From NCBI RefSeq assembly GCF_009914755.1, contig NC_060947.1: a DNA stretch of 64,000 nucleotides, one strand, 5' to 3'. The notes below the pieces were generated by a model. It saw only the letters and a list, made by a program, of their open reading frames with translations. It was not told the DNA's origin and ran no database searches. Numbering within the stretch: the first letter of the stretch is position 1; the number at the start of each line of letters is the position of its first letter. The translations under genes were made by a program, and so were the position numbers. Source of the stretch: the human T2T-CHM13v2.0 reference genome, Homo sapiens. Positions 23,164 through 43,690 of the stretch are shown here, piece by piece.

Positions 23164-26100
23164 GGTGGTGGTTCCAAGATGGCCGAATAGGAACAGCTCC
23201 AGTCTACAGCTCCCAGTGTGAGCAACACAGAAGATAGGTAATTTCTGCATTTCCAACTGAGGTACCACGTTCATCTCACTGGGGATTGTTGGACAGTGGG
23301 TGCAGGACAGTGGGTGCAGTGCACTGAGCATGAGCCAAAGAAGGGCGAGGCATCACCTCACCCGGGAAGCACAAGGGGTCAGGGAATTCCCTTTCCTAGC
23401 CAAGGGAAGAGGTGACAAATGGCACCTGGAAAATCAGGTCATACCCACCATAATAATGGGCTTTTCCAATGGTCTTAGCAAGCGGCACACCAGGAAATTA
23501 TATCCTGTGCGTCGCTCAGATGGTCCTATGCCCACGGAGCCTCACCCATTGCTAGCACAGCAGTCTGAGATCGAATTGCAACATGGCAGCGAGGCTGGGG
23601 GAGGGGCGCCTGCCATTGCTGAGGCTTGAGTAGGTGAACAAAGCGTCCAGGAAGCTCAAACTGGGTGGAGGCCACCGCAGCTCAAGGAGGCCTTCCTGGC
23701 TTTGTACACTTCACCTCTGGAGGCAGGGCATAGCCAAAGAAAAGGCAGAAGAATCCTCTGCAGACTTAAATTTCCCTGTCTGACAGCTTGGAAGAGAGTA
23801 GTGGTTCTCCCAGCATGCAGCTGGAGATCTGAGAATGGACAGACTGCCTCCTCAAGTGGGTCCCTGACCCTCGAGTAGCCTAAGTGGGAGGCACCACCCA
23901 GTAGGGGCAGACTGACACCTCACATGTCCAGGTACCCCTCTGAGATGAAACTTCCAGAGGAACAATCAGGCAGCAACATTTGTTGTTCAGGAATATTCAC
24001 TGTTCTGCAGCCACTGCAGCTAATACCCAGGCAAACAGGGTCTGGAGTGGACCTCCAGCAAACCAACAGACCTGCAGCTGAGGGTCCTGACTGTTAGAAG
24101 GAAAACAAACAAACAGAAAGGACATCCACACCAAAAACCCATCTGTATGTCACCATCATCAAAGAACAAAAGGAGATGAAACCACAAAGATGGCGGAAAA
24201 AACAGAGCAGAAAAACTGAAAATTCTAAAAATCAGAGTGACTCTCCTTCTCCAAAGGAACACAGCTCATCACCAGCAAAGGAACAAAGCTGGATGGAGAA
24301 TGACTTTGACGAGTTGAGAGAAGAAAGCTTCAGACGATCAAACTTCTCCGAGCTAAAGGAGGAAGTTCAAACCCATGGCAAAGAAGTTAAACACCTTGAA
24401 AAACGATTAGAAGAATGGCTAACTAGAATAACTAATACAGAGAAGTCCTTGAAGGACCCGATTGAGCTGAAAACCATGGCAAGAGAACTACGTGACGAAT
24501 GCACAAGCTTCAGTAACCGATTCGATCAACTGGAAGAAAGGGTTTCAGGGATGGAAGATGAAATGGATAAAATGAAGTGAGAAGAGAAGTTTAGAGAAAA
24601 AATAATACGAAGAAATGAACAAAGCCTCCAAGAAATATGGCACTATGTGAAAAGACCAAATCTACATCTCACTGGTGTGCCTGAAAGTGACAGGGAGAAT
24701 GGAACCAAGTTGGAAAACACTCTGCAGGATATTATCCAGGAGAATCTCCCGAACCTAGCAAGGCAGGCAAACATTCAAATTCAGGAAATACAGAGAATGT
24801 CACAAAGATACTTGTCGAGAAGAGCATCTCCAAGACACATAATTGTCAGATTCACCAAAGTTGAAATGAAGGAAAAAATGTTAAAGGCAGCCAGAGAGAA
24901 AGGTTGAGTTACCCACAAAGAGAAGCCCATCAGACTAACAGCTAATCTCTCAGTAGAAGCTCTACAAGCCAGAAGAGAGTGAGGGCCAATATTCAACATT
25001 CTTAAAGAAAAGAATTTTCAACCCAGAATTTCATATCCAGCCAAACTAAGCTTCATAAGTGAAGGAGAAATAAAATCCTTCACAGACAAGCAAATGCTGA
25101 GAGATTTTGTTACCACCAGGCCTGCCCTACAAGAGCTCCTGAAGGAAGCACTAAACATGGAAAGGAAAAACCAGTATCAGCCACTGCAAAAACATGCCAA
25201 TTTGTAAAGGCCATCGAGTCTAGGAAGAAACTGCATCAACTACTGAGCAAAATAACCAGCTAACATCACAATGACAGGATCAAATTCACACACAACAATA
25301 TTAACCTTAAATGTAAATGGGCTAAATGCTCCAATTAAAAGACACAGACTGGCAAATTGGATAGAGTCAAGACCCATCAGTGTGCTGTATTCAGGAAACC
25401 CATCTCATGTGAAGAGACACACATAGGCTCAAAATGAAGGGATGGAGGAAGATCTACCAAGCAAATGGAAAACAAAAAAAGGCAGGGGTTGCAATCCTAG
25501 TATCTGGTAAAACAGACTTTAAGCCAACAAAGATCAAAAGAGACAAAGAAGACCTTTACATAATGGTAAAGGGATCAATTCAACAAGAAGAACTAACTAT
25601 CCTAAATATATATGCACCCAATACAGGAGCACCCAGATTCATAAAGCAAGTCCTTAGAGACCTAGAAAGAGAACTACAAACCACTGCTCAATGAAATAAA
25701 AGAGGATACAAAAAAATGGAAGCACATTCCATGCTGATGGGTGGGAAGAATCAATATCATGAAAATGGCCATACTGCCCAAGGTAATTTACAGATTCAAT
25801 GCCATCCCCATCAACCTACCCATGACTTTCTTCACAGAATTGGAAAAAACTACTTTAAAGTCCATATGGAACCAAAATAGCCACACTTCCAAGTCAATCC
25901 TAAGCCAAAAGAACAAAGCTGGAGGCATCATGCTACCTGACTTCAAACTAAACTACAAGGCTACAGTAACAAAAACAGCATGGTACTGGTACCAAAACAG
26001 AGATATAGATCAATGGAACAGAACAGAGCCCTCAGAAATAATGCCACATATCTACAACCATCTAATCTTTGACAGACTTGACAAAAACAAGAGATGGGGA

Positions 26101-27402
26101 AAGGATTCCCTATTTAATAAACGGTGCTGGGAAAGCTGGCTAGCCATATGTAGAAAGCTGAAACTGGATCCCTTCCCTACACCTTATACAAAAATTAATT
26201 CAAGATGGAATAAAGACTTAAATGTTAGACCTAAAACCATGAAAACCCTAGAAGAAAACCTAGGCAATACCATTCAGGACACAGGCATGTGCAAGGACTT
26301 CATGTCTAAAACACCAAAAGCAATGGCAACAAAAGCCAAAATTGACAAATGGGATCTAATTAAACGAAAGAGCTTCTGCACAGTAAAAGAAACTACCATC
26401 AGAGTGAACAGGCAACCTACAGAATGGGAGAAAATTTTTGCAATCTACTCATCTGACAAAGGGCTAATATCCAGAATCTACAATGAACTCAAACAAATTT
26501 ACAAGAAAAAAACAAACAACCCCATCAAAAAGTGGGTGAAGGATATGAACAGACACTTCTCAAAAGAAGACATTTATGCAGCCAAAAGACACACGAAAAA
26601 ATGTTCATCATCACTGGCCATCAGAGAAATGCAAATCAAAACCACAGTGAGATACCATCTCACACCACTTGACTGGTGATCATTAAAAAGTCAGGAAACA
26701 ACAGGTGCTGGAGAGGATGTGGAGAAATAGGAACACTTTTACACTGTTGGTGGGACTGTAAACTAGTTCAACCATTGTGGAAGTCAGCATGGCGGATCCT
26801 CAGGGATCTAGTACTAGAAATACCATTTGACCCAGCCATCTCATTAGTGGGTATATACCCAAAGGATTATAAATCATGCTGCTATAAAGACACATGCACA
26901 CGTATGTTTATAGTGACACTATTCACAGTAGCAAAGACTTGGAACCAACACAAATGTCCAACAATGATAGACTGGATTAAGAAAATGTGGCACATATACA
27001 CCATGGAATATTATGCAGCCATAATAAATGATGAGTTCATGTCATTTGTAGGAGCATGGATGAAGCTGGAAACCATCATTCTCAGCAAACTATCGCAAGG
27101 ACGAAAAACCAAAGACCGCATGTTCTCACTCATAGGTGGGAATTGAACAATGAGAACACATGGACACAGGAAGGGGAACATCACACACCGGGGCCTGTTG
27201 TGGGGTGGGGAGAGGGGGGAGGGATAGAATTAGGAGATATACCTAATATTAAATGACGAGTTAATGGGTGCAGCACACCCACATGGCACATGTATACATA
27301 TGTAACAAACCTGCACATTGTGCACATGTACCCTAAAACTTAAAGTATAATAAAAATAAATAAAGTAATAGAGACACACACACAAAAAAAATAAAAATAA
27401 AT
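23164..27402 (+). mobile_element. L1PA4/5-type element with intact 5' end, a ~2 kb internal ORF2 deletion at ~25670 and a poly(A) tail; probably a chimera of two elements
   Basis: ggttccaagatggccgaatagg 5' end with YY1 site; ORF1 with stops; the EN region (RDLER) is fused directly to NYKPLL; 3'UTR ends gtaccctaaaacttaaagtataat. Confidence 0.95.
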
Positions 27403-27424
27403 AAATGGCTTGATGCTATTCATC

Positions 27425-28900
27425 TCCCCAGCGAATTCCCACAGTCAGCCTGAAAATGAGATTTATACTTCCACAAAATCTATTATACAGTTGCTCTAAA
27501 CTTTTTCATTGTCCCTCGACCTAACGTTCTCACTTCCCTCCATACTCAGTTTCAAGTGTTTGAGCAATTGTTACACTGTCTCTTCTGTTTATGTATATCT
27601 CAGATATCTTGTCCCCCTTCTTCTCTCTATCTATCTCGGTTTGATAAATTGCTCTAGCTAAAGTCAAGTTCCAGTTAAGTCAGCAACCTACATCAAACCT
27701 GCATCCCTCTAGCTGAACATAGCTGCAAAAAGTCACAACCATGCTGAACGTCCCCATTTTAAATTCATGATCACAAAATGAAGAGGGTCTTTAAAATTGT
27801 CTGGCAATAGTACCACATGTTCCTAGTCCAGTTGTTTCCCCACACATGGATGAGTATTAGAATGATATTCAGATCTTTTAGCAATACAAATGCCCTGGAT
27901 CTACCTCCAATTGATCTATGTAGGTGCCCACATATCCCAAATTGTTAACAACTTTCTAGATGACTCTAATATGAAGGTGGAGTTATGATCCAACTCTCAA
28001 GTCAATTCATTTTCCCACACTTTAGGATGACTGTTTCCTACCTTTTTCTTTCTCACATTTCCATCATCTTCTCTCTCATCCTTATTCACAGCTAATAACG
28101 TTGTTATTTATGTCATTAATCACATAGAAACAATTAGGGGAGAACTTCCATAAGCTTTTACTGTAACTACTTGCCACTTCGTCTACTGAATCTGTGTCAG
28201 TAATACTTTGAATTTCCTTTTGATTTTGAATTAACTCTTAAGGCCCCTATTTGGAAACATTTCAGTTCATACATGCACTAGATCTAATTCACAACTAACA
28301 ATTATCCAAGGAAATTTCTCCGGAAATTTTCCCTTGTTTCTCTTACATTATCAATTTTCCTTCTTTTTTCTCTATTACTCTCATTACTAAACAGACACCC
28401 TGTAATTTCTCCCACTTTCCCCTCTAGCTACAACATCACTTTATCTCCTCCTCTTTATGGCCAATATATCTCAAAGACTTGTCTATATTCACAGTTTCCA
28501 CATCCCCAAATCCAAATCCCTGTGGCTTCTGAAACAGTAGCATCAGCATCACCTGGGAACTTGTTAGAAATTTGAATTTGATGCTTTCATCACAAAGCCT
28601 CTGGATCGGAAACTCTAAAACACAGAAATTTAAGTTTTAACATAGCCCCCTAAGTGTTATTAATGTATGCAAAATTAGATAATCTTTTATTATATCTCTA
28701 ATTCTCGGTTGATATCTGAAACAAGATAATTATCTACTGGTTTTCGACTGTGAAATCTGAAAATTTAGTGCCTTTATACTTCTTATATTTAGCCATATTC
28801 CACCCTCTCTTTAAATATTTTTGGTTGTTATCCTCTCAGACCAGGGTACATACTGCCATTTTGGTATAATTATTTCTACAGCAGCTCCTTCTCTGCTCAA
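27425..28900 (-). mobile_element. Degraded L2 fragments with MER5 insertions (~27850-27995 and ~28520-28690)
   Basis: MER5A core agcatcagcatcacctgggaacttgttagaaat...gttttaaca; L2-like pyrimidine-rich flanks (caaagacttgtctatattcac). Confidence 0.6.
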
Positions 28901-29551
28901 TTCCAGTCACATCATATTACTGAATGCTTAACTTTCCTAATATTATTAATATTGCAGGGATAAATATCTGTGTTTTAATATTGACCAAGAGCATAGCCTT
29001 CATGTGTAGGTTAAATTTGCCTAGCTAGTGTATATGGTTTACTCTTCTTAGCATTTCAGCAAGCTCACCTGGTTGAATTCCATGTTTGTGACACTATGGA
29101 CTAATCAAAAGTAGTGATTGTGGGCCCGTGATTATGTTTGTGGAAGAATCTGGTCTTGCTTTCTAAAGGAATTCTCTGTTTCTTTCAGCCTCTTTACTGG
29201 GATTCTCTTATCTGGTAGTCTTCTCTAAATATAGAGTTTACCCAAATACTAAGCTTAGAAATTTACATGCATGCAGAAAAGCATACCTGATCTAACTTTA
29301 CCGACAGTTTTGGATGCTGTGATTTTGATTCTCAGGAGGGGAGCTCATGACATTGTGTAAGTTTCTATGAGTATACACATTTCGACAATTAGAACATTGG
29401 GGAAAGCATTATAATGAACATATTCATCAGCTAGAAGCTATAAGCTCTTTTCCCAAATAAAATCACTGCAAATATATTAATGCAGTTGATTCGCTAAACA
29501 CACACACACACATACACACACATTGTTCCTCCAGTTTATGTATACCTCAGA

Positions 29552-36458
<6,907 letters not shown>

Positions 36459-36582
36459 CATCAAGCCATTTGTAAAGTATCTATCCCATAGCCCAAACAC
36501 TTTCCGAAACTTCCCGCTTCCAACATTGCAGATCAAATTTCAAGATGAGATTTGGAGGGGACAAATATTCAGCCTACACAAT
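36459..36582 (-). mobile_element. MST LTR remnant (target of the L1 to its left)
   Basis: cccaaacac...tccaacattgcagatcaaatttcaagatgagatttggaggggacaaatattca. Confidence 0.75.
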
Positions 36583-36589
36583 AGGGTTA

Positions 36590-37740
36590 TATCAACTGCA
36601 AAGCTTTTGTACAGGAAATGAAATAACACAGTGAAAAATACAACTTATAGAAGGGACAAAAATATTTGCAAACTATTCACCTGACAGGGAATTCATATCC
36701 AGAATATATAAGAAACTCAACACTTGACAGCAAAAAACACAAACAAACAAATAGTCTAATTAAAAGTGTAAAGAAGACCTGAATAGATGTATCTTAAAAG
36801 AAGATATACAAAAAGCAAAGAAAGAAATACATGAAAAAAATGTAGAACATTACTGATCATCATGGAAAAGCAACTTGAAATTACAATTATATATATATAT
36901 ATAATCTCTCCCCAGTTAGAATGGCTACTACTAATACCAAGAAGACAAAATGTAACAAATGCTGTTGAGGATACCAAGAAAAAAAAATCTAACATTCTCT
37001 TGGTAGGAATGTAAACCAGGACTGCTCTTATGGAGAATAGTATGGAAGTGCTTCAAAAAACTAGAAATACATCTACTTTATGATTCAGAAATTCCACTAT
37101 TGGGCATATATCCAAAGAAAATGATATCAGTATATCAGGGAGATACAGCTCTGTATTTATTGCAGCATTATTTACCATAGCTGAGATGCGGAATCAACTT
37201 AAATGTTTCTCAGTGGATGAATTGATAGAGAAAATATACTTAATGAGATTCTATTCATCCATAAAAAAATGAAATTCTGTCATTTGCAGCAACATGGATG
37301 AGCCTAGAGAACATTATGTGAAGTGAAACAAGCCAATAACAGAAAGATGAATACTGCATATTCCTTCTAATTTGTGGAGGCTAACAAGTTGATCTCATAG
37401 AAGTAGAAAGCAGAATAGTAGTTACAAAAATGTGGGAAAAGTCGGAGAGAAAAAAAGCAGGGAGAGATTGGTTCAAGGATTCAAAATTAAAGATTGATAG
37501 GAGGAATAATTTCTAATGTTCCATAGCACTTCAGGGTGACTATAGTTAATAATTTATTATGTATTTTCAAATAGCTAACAGAGAGCGTTTCAAAGGTTTT
37601 CAATCAGAACAATAATAAACATCAGAGGTGATGAATATGCTAATTTCCATGATTGATCATTATATATTGTGTTTATCGAAGTATCAGTATTTATTCAATT
37701 AATATTAATGTACAATTATTATGTGTCAATTAAAATAATA
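36590..37740 (+). mobile_element. L1MA-type ORF2 3' end and 3'UTR
   Basis: aaatatttgcaaactattcacctgacaggg; tgtcatttgcagcaacatggatg; ends tatgtgtcaattaaaataata. Confidence 0.85.
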
Positions 37741-37796
37741 GTAACTGCTAGTACAAAGGACGTATGTTGCTACATCACAAACATTTTTTATTAATT

Positions 37797-38248
37797 TGTG
37801 TGCTGGCCATGAGACTGCAGCTCGCAGACCTCCAATTACAGGATATTATTGAAAGAGAATGCCAGGTGCTGTGTTGACATTCATGCTGTGTTTGCCAGGC
37901 CATCTCACAAGAGATTCCTAGTAGCCAATAACTAAGCAATGCAAAGATACGAAGACTGCCTCATTCCTGAGAATCAGGGCACTCCTCTGACAGGCAACTT
38001 TGACTTGAGGCCTCTCAGGGGCCTTGGTAACCTTTCTTTAGGCTGCTTAGTAGTAGGAGCTTCTAGTCAACCAACCTTCCCTCCTTCCTTCCTTCTTTCC
38101 TTCCTTCCTTCCTTTTTCCTATCTTGCATTAAAGTCTGACACTTTTCCCAGCCTCACCCAGCTCCTTCACCATTTGCTCCCACTGGCCAAACTCTGGCAC
38201 GTTTAATTTTTTCTTGACACCTGTTTCTTGGAGAACCCAGACTTGCAC
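37797..38248 (+). mobile_element. LTR16-family (ERVL) solo LTR
   Basis: ctcctctgacaggcaactttgacttgagg; (CCTT)n; ends ctgtttcttggagaacccagacttgcaca. Confidence 0.65.
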
Positions 38249-38419
38249 ACTTTGGTAACTGTTTTACAATATAACTGCTTTCTTTTATAATCAAACATAC
38301 TTTATTTTATTTTTGTTAAATCACTATTTTCACAAGAACATACTTATCTCCAAATGCATTAAGTTGTATGCATTAAATATTTACAGCTTTTTGTATGTCA
38401 ACTGTATCTTGATAAGTGG

Positions 38420-38905
38420 TTTAACATTATTTATTTATTTTGTTTAATTGACAAATAAAAATTATATATGTTTGTTGTCCACAACAAGATGTTTTAAATT
38501 ATTCATACTCTGTGGAATGTCTAAATTTAGCTACTTAACGTATGCATTATATCACATAAATATTATCATTTGGGATAAAAACACAATTTACTCCCTCAGT
38601 AATTTTCAAGAATACAGTATGTTGTTATTAATTATAGTCACTGTGTTGTACAATAGAGCTTTTGATCATATTGCTCTTATCTAACTGAAATTTTTGTATA
38701 TTTCGGTAAACATCTTTTAAACACCCCTGCACCACACACACCTACCCACCCCTGGTAACCATCATTCTACTCGCTAGTTCTAGGATATCCACATTTTTAG
38801 ATTCCACATATAAGAACCTGTGGTATTTCTCTTTATGTGCCTGGCTTACTTAACTTATCATCATTATCTCTTGGTTTATCCATGTCACAAATCACAAATT
38901 TTTCT
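38420..38905 (-). mobile_element. L1MA 3'UTR fragment
   Basis: ttaattgacaaataaaaattatatatg; tttttagattccacatataag; gtgcctggcttacttaactt. Confidence 0.8.
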
Positions 38906-38909
38906 GACA

Positions 38910-40618
38910 TGGAAAATTGCTGAGAGTCTTGAAAAGAGGTACAACCATGTTGGACTTGCCAAATTTGATTCCACTGAAAATTCTGAATTATCCCAGAATC
39001 TCAATTTCAGCCCTTCAAACCCCTTGTGGCTTTGGATTTGGAGCAGTCTTATCCAGCTAGAATACTGACTGAAGATGTACTTATTTGAGCTTCTGTTGCA
39101 AATTGGCCAAACTCCATCTACCAGTAGATTTTCAAATAGCCAATAATGTCAGTCCTGACCCCTCCTGCCTGTAGACTGAGCTCTTTCTACCTGAGGTCCC
39201 AGGTGAATGCATGTCCATCAGTGCCTATTCAGGCTGATGGGTTGACTTAAGTCACATTGTGGATCTCAAAATGGCCCTATAAATTAGTTCCAGCCCTTTT
39301 TGACTATAGTATGAAAAAGGCCTTCTTGCCCAGAAATTCACTGGGAGACAACTGTCCATGACTATAGAGAAAACTGTCCATGACTATGGAGAAGACCTGA
39401 ATTTTGGTTATGGACCTGAAAAATAAATGTTGCCTCAGATCTAGCTCATTAGGGCTGCAGATGTGAATAGTTCAGCCATAACAGGGACCCATTTAGTGAT
39501 CCAATGGGAGTTTTTCCAGTGACATAAAGGAAGTCACACTAGTCAGCACATCTAGTAAAAGCTTTCTGTTTGAGGATATTAAAGCAAGCCTGCCCAACCC
39601 CGTACTAGTTGCTCATGGGACTCCAACCTGGGCTATATCAACCATGGCAAACCTGGACTTAGGGTTCCCTCTAGCACTGCAATGGCTGCAGTGATCATGG
39701 GTTAGGGGGACACAACAGTTTTCTCAGAATTTCTGAACAGGCATACTGTAGAAGTGCTATCATAGACAATGACAAACTCCCAAGACTGGAATAAATACCC
39801 ATGTCTTCAATGTGCAGAAATCAACATACATGCACAAAGATCACAATGATCAGGGAAATACGAGGTCTCAAAACAAACCAAATACAGTGCCAGTTACCAA
39901 ACCTAAACAAATGAAGATGTATGACTGACCTAACAAAGAATAAAAATCACTCTTTTAAGGAAGCTCAATAAAATTCAATAAAATACAGAAAAATAATTCA
40001 AAAAATTGGAAGACAAATTTAAGAGTTTGAAATAATTAAACATAATCAAACAGAAATCCTAGAGTGAGAAAATACAATGAAAAAAATAAAAAGTTCAACA
40101 GAGTGCATCAACAGCAGAATTAAGCTGAAGAAAAAATTAGTGAGCTCAAAGTCAGATTAGTAAAAAATATGCAGAGAAGAAAAAAATTAAAAAATTAATA
40201 AATAAAAAACATTATGAAATAATATCAGAAGAGAAAATTTGTGGGTTCATAAAGTTCAAAAGAGACTAGAGAAACACAAGATAATAGTAAATTACTTAAA
40301 TAAATAATACAAGAAAACTTTCCAAGCATAAGGAATAATATAAATACCCAGATACAGGAAGCTTAAAAGCAATCACTCACAATCAATCTAAATAGGACCA
40401 TATGAAGACATGTTACAATCGAACTATCCAATTTCAAAGACAGAGAGAGGATTAAAACAAAAATAGAAAAGAAGTAAAAAACATGTAAGAGAATTTCAAT
40501 ATGCCTGGAAGCAGACTTCTCAGCATAAATCTTACAAATTCAGGAGGGAATTAGGTAATATATATGAGCTGCTGAAGGACAATAAAAAGGGCAAACCAAA
40601 AAATACTGGATATGACTA
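38910..40618 (+). mobile_element. Old L1M 5' region and ORF1
   Basis: A-rich ORF1-like stretch (ttttaaggaagctcaataaaattcaa, aaaactttccaag, gcagacttctcagc). Confidence 0.65.
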
Positions 40619-40619
40619 G

Positions 40620-41888
40620 CTAGATGGTTTTAGATGTGTGGTTTTATTCTGAGTTCCCTATTCTGTTCCATTGGTCTATGTGCCTGTTTCTGTACCAGTG
40701 CTATGCTGTTTTTGTTATTGTAGCTTTATAGTATAGTTTCAAGGAAGGTAGTGTGAAGCCTCCAGCTTTGTTCTTTTTGCTTAGGATTGTCCTGCCTCTA
40801 CACGCTCTTTTTTGGTTCCACAAAAATTTTAAAATAGTTTTTTTTTTTTTGAATTCTGTAAAGATGTCAATGGTAGTTTATTAAAAACATCGTCGAATTT
40901 ATACATTTCTTTGGGCACTATAACCATTTTTATAGAATTGATTCTTCCTATCCAAGAACATGGAACGTTTTTGCATCTGTTAGTGTCCTCTCTGACTTTT
41001 TTGAGCAGTGGTTTGTAGTTCCCCTTGAAGAGGTCCTTCATCTCCCTTTTTAGCTCTATTCCTAGGTATTTTATTCTCTTTGTGGCAATTGTGAATGGGA
41101 ATTCATTAATAATTTGGCTCTCTGCTTGTCTATTGTTGGTGTGATTATTAGGAAAATGCAAGTCAAAACCTCAGTGAGATATCAACTCACACCAGTCAGA
41201 ATGGTGATTATTAAAAAGTCAAAAAAAAAAAAAAGATGTTGGCAAGGTTGCACAGGAATAGGAACACTTTTACACTTTTGGTGGGAATGTAAATTAGTTT
41301 GACCATTGTGGAAGACAGTGTGGTGATTCCTGAAACTCTTAGAACCAGAAATACCATTCAATCCACCAATTCAATTACTGGGTATACAACACCCAAATGC
41401 AAATCATTCTATTCTAAAGAACATGCACATGTGTGTTTATTGCAGCACTATTCACAATAGTAAAGACATGGAATCAACTCAAATGACCATCAGTGATAGA
41501 CTGGGTAAGGAAAATGTGGTACATATACACCATGGAATACTATGCAGCCATAAAAAAGAATGAGATCGTTTCCTTTGCAGGGACATGGATGAAGCTAGAA
41601 GCCATTATCCTCAGCAAACTAATGCAGCAACAGAAAATCAAACCACATTTTCTCACGTATAAGTGGGAGCTGGACAATGAGAACACATGGACACAGGGAG
41701 GGAACAACACACTGGGGCCTGCTGGGTTAGGACAAGAGGAGGAGAGCATTAGGAAAAACAGCTAATGCATGCCAGGCTTAATACCTAGGTAGTGGGTTGA
41801 TAGGTGCATAAAACCACCATAGATCACATTTACCTGTGTAACAAGCATGCACATCCTGCACACGTACCCCAGGACTTAGAAACAAAAG
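40620..41888 (+). mobile_element. L1PA13-16-like 3' piece with an inverted 5' segment (40620-41142 minus; 41143-41888 plus)
   Basis: Antisense ORF2 (NNRQAESQI...) abuts sense IIRKMQVKT... and a 3'UTR with gcattaggaaaaacagctaatgcatg. Confidence 0.8.
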
Positions 41889-41891
41889 ACT

Positions 41892-43348
41892 ACTAGTTCA
41901 ATCTATATTGTTGAAATGTCAAGATATTGTTTTTATGGCTGAATAGTACTCCATCATGTCTATATATATTTTCTTAATAGATTCACCTAATGATGAACAC
42001 TTAGATTGCTTCCAAATCTTGGCTTTTGGAATAGTGCTGCAACCAACATGGGGGTGCAGAGATCTCTTTGATATACTGATTTTCTTTCTTTTGGTTATAT
42101 ACTTAGAAGTTGAATTGCTGGATCATATGGTAGCTCTATTTTTAATATTTTGAGAAACTTTCAAACAGTTCTCCATTTTGGAGATTTACATTCCCAAATG
42201 TAATTTGTCTGTAGGAAAACAATGTACAAAAGTTCCTTTTCTCCCTATCTTCATAATTATTTGTTATTTCCTGCCTTTTGGATAAAACCATTTTAACTGG
42301 AGTGAGATGATATCCCATCATAGTTTTGATTTGCATTTCTCTGATGATTAGTTATACTGAGCACCTTTTCAGATACTTATTTACCATGTTCATGTCTTTT
42401 GAGAAATATCTGTTCAGATCATTTGCCCATGCTTTAATTATATTATTAGATATTTTCCTAAAAATGGGTGAAATAAGTTTCTAATTTTATTTTTTTATTT
42501 ATTTATTTTGCATGTGAATTTACAGTTTTCCCAGCAGCATTTATTGAGAGACTCTCCTTTCCCTAATGTATCTTTTTGGCACTTTGTTGAAAATGCATTC
42601 ACCATAAATATATGGATTTGTTTCTAGCTTCTCTATTCTGTTCAACTGGTTTATTGGTGACTGTTTTTATGCCAGTAGTATGCTTTTTGTTTTTTGTTCA
42701 GAATAGCTTTGGCTATTCTGAGTGCTTTGTGATTCAATATGTTTTAGTATTGTTTTTTCTATTTTTGTTGAGAATGTAATTGGTATTTTATGTAAATTCC
42801 ATTGAATATGCAGATTGCTTTTAACAGTATGAACATTTTAAAAGTATTGATTCTTCTAGTCCATGAACATTGAATATATTTTCATATTTTTGTACTCTTA
42901 AATTTCTTTCATCAATGTTTTATAGTTATTATAAAGAATTTTCACTTCTTTGTTAATCAATTTTAATTTACTGATGTTTTCTGTAATTTTTTGCTGCTTG
43001 CATATAGAGATGCTACTGATCTTTGTCTGTTGACTTTGCATCCAGCAACTTTACTAAATTTGTTTATCAGTTCTAATAGTTTTTGGTGGAGTCTTTAGGT
43101 TTTTCCAAATGTAAGATCATATCATTTGCAGACAATAATACTTTGACTTCTTCCTTTTCAATTTCGGTACCTTTTATTTCTTTCTTTTGTCTTATTGCTG
43201 TAGCTAGGAATTCCAGTACTATGTTGAATAACAGTGGTGGAGGTGAGCATTCTTTTTATGTTCTAAATCTCAGAGAAACGGTTTTCAGTTTTCCCCATTT
43301 ATTATGATATTAGCTTTATGTCTTTCATATATGGCTTTTATTATGCTG
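41892..43348 (-). mobile_element. L1MA-type 3'UTR/ORF2 fragment
   Basis: atggctgaatagtactccat; tttgcatttctctgatgatt; ttccagtactatgttgaataacagtgg. Confidence 0.85.
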
Positions 43349-43593
43349 CAGTTTCACATTACAAGAAAGTACTGTTGTAAAATACTAAGAAAGGGTAAGA
43401 AATATAATCTGTAACAAACTTACAACTACTGCCTAAAAGCAAGCAAAACTTTCAAATAAAAAAGTCAAAATACACAGAGAGAAACGATGCACAAATTCTG
43501 CATCAAATATATGAAAAATTTAATAAGAGAGTTCACTAGTTAATAAAAGATACAAAAATGGGAGGAGTGGTTACAGAAACCAAAAAATTAAAT

Positions 43594-43690
43594 CAGCAAA
43601 CCACCATGGTACATGTATATCTATGTAACAAACCTGTACATTCTGCACATGTAGCCCAGAACTTAAAGTAAAATAAAAAACAATAATAAT
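43594..43690 (+). mobile_element. ~100 bp L1PA7/8-type 3' tip inserted in the pseudogene 3'UTR
   Basis: cagcaaaccaccatggtacatgtatatctatgtaacaaacctgtacattctgcacatgtagcccagaacttaaagtaaaataaaaaa. Confidence 0.85.

Noticed and set aside
25741-27146. Long ORFs of 312 aa and 156 aa (also 46476-47315, 279 aa, and 32526-33152, 208 aa) as host genes
   Set aside because: They are pieces of L1 ORF2 in deleted, truncated or inverted elements; none is complete.
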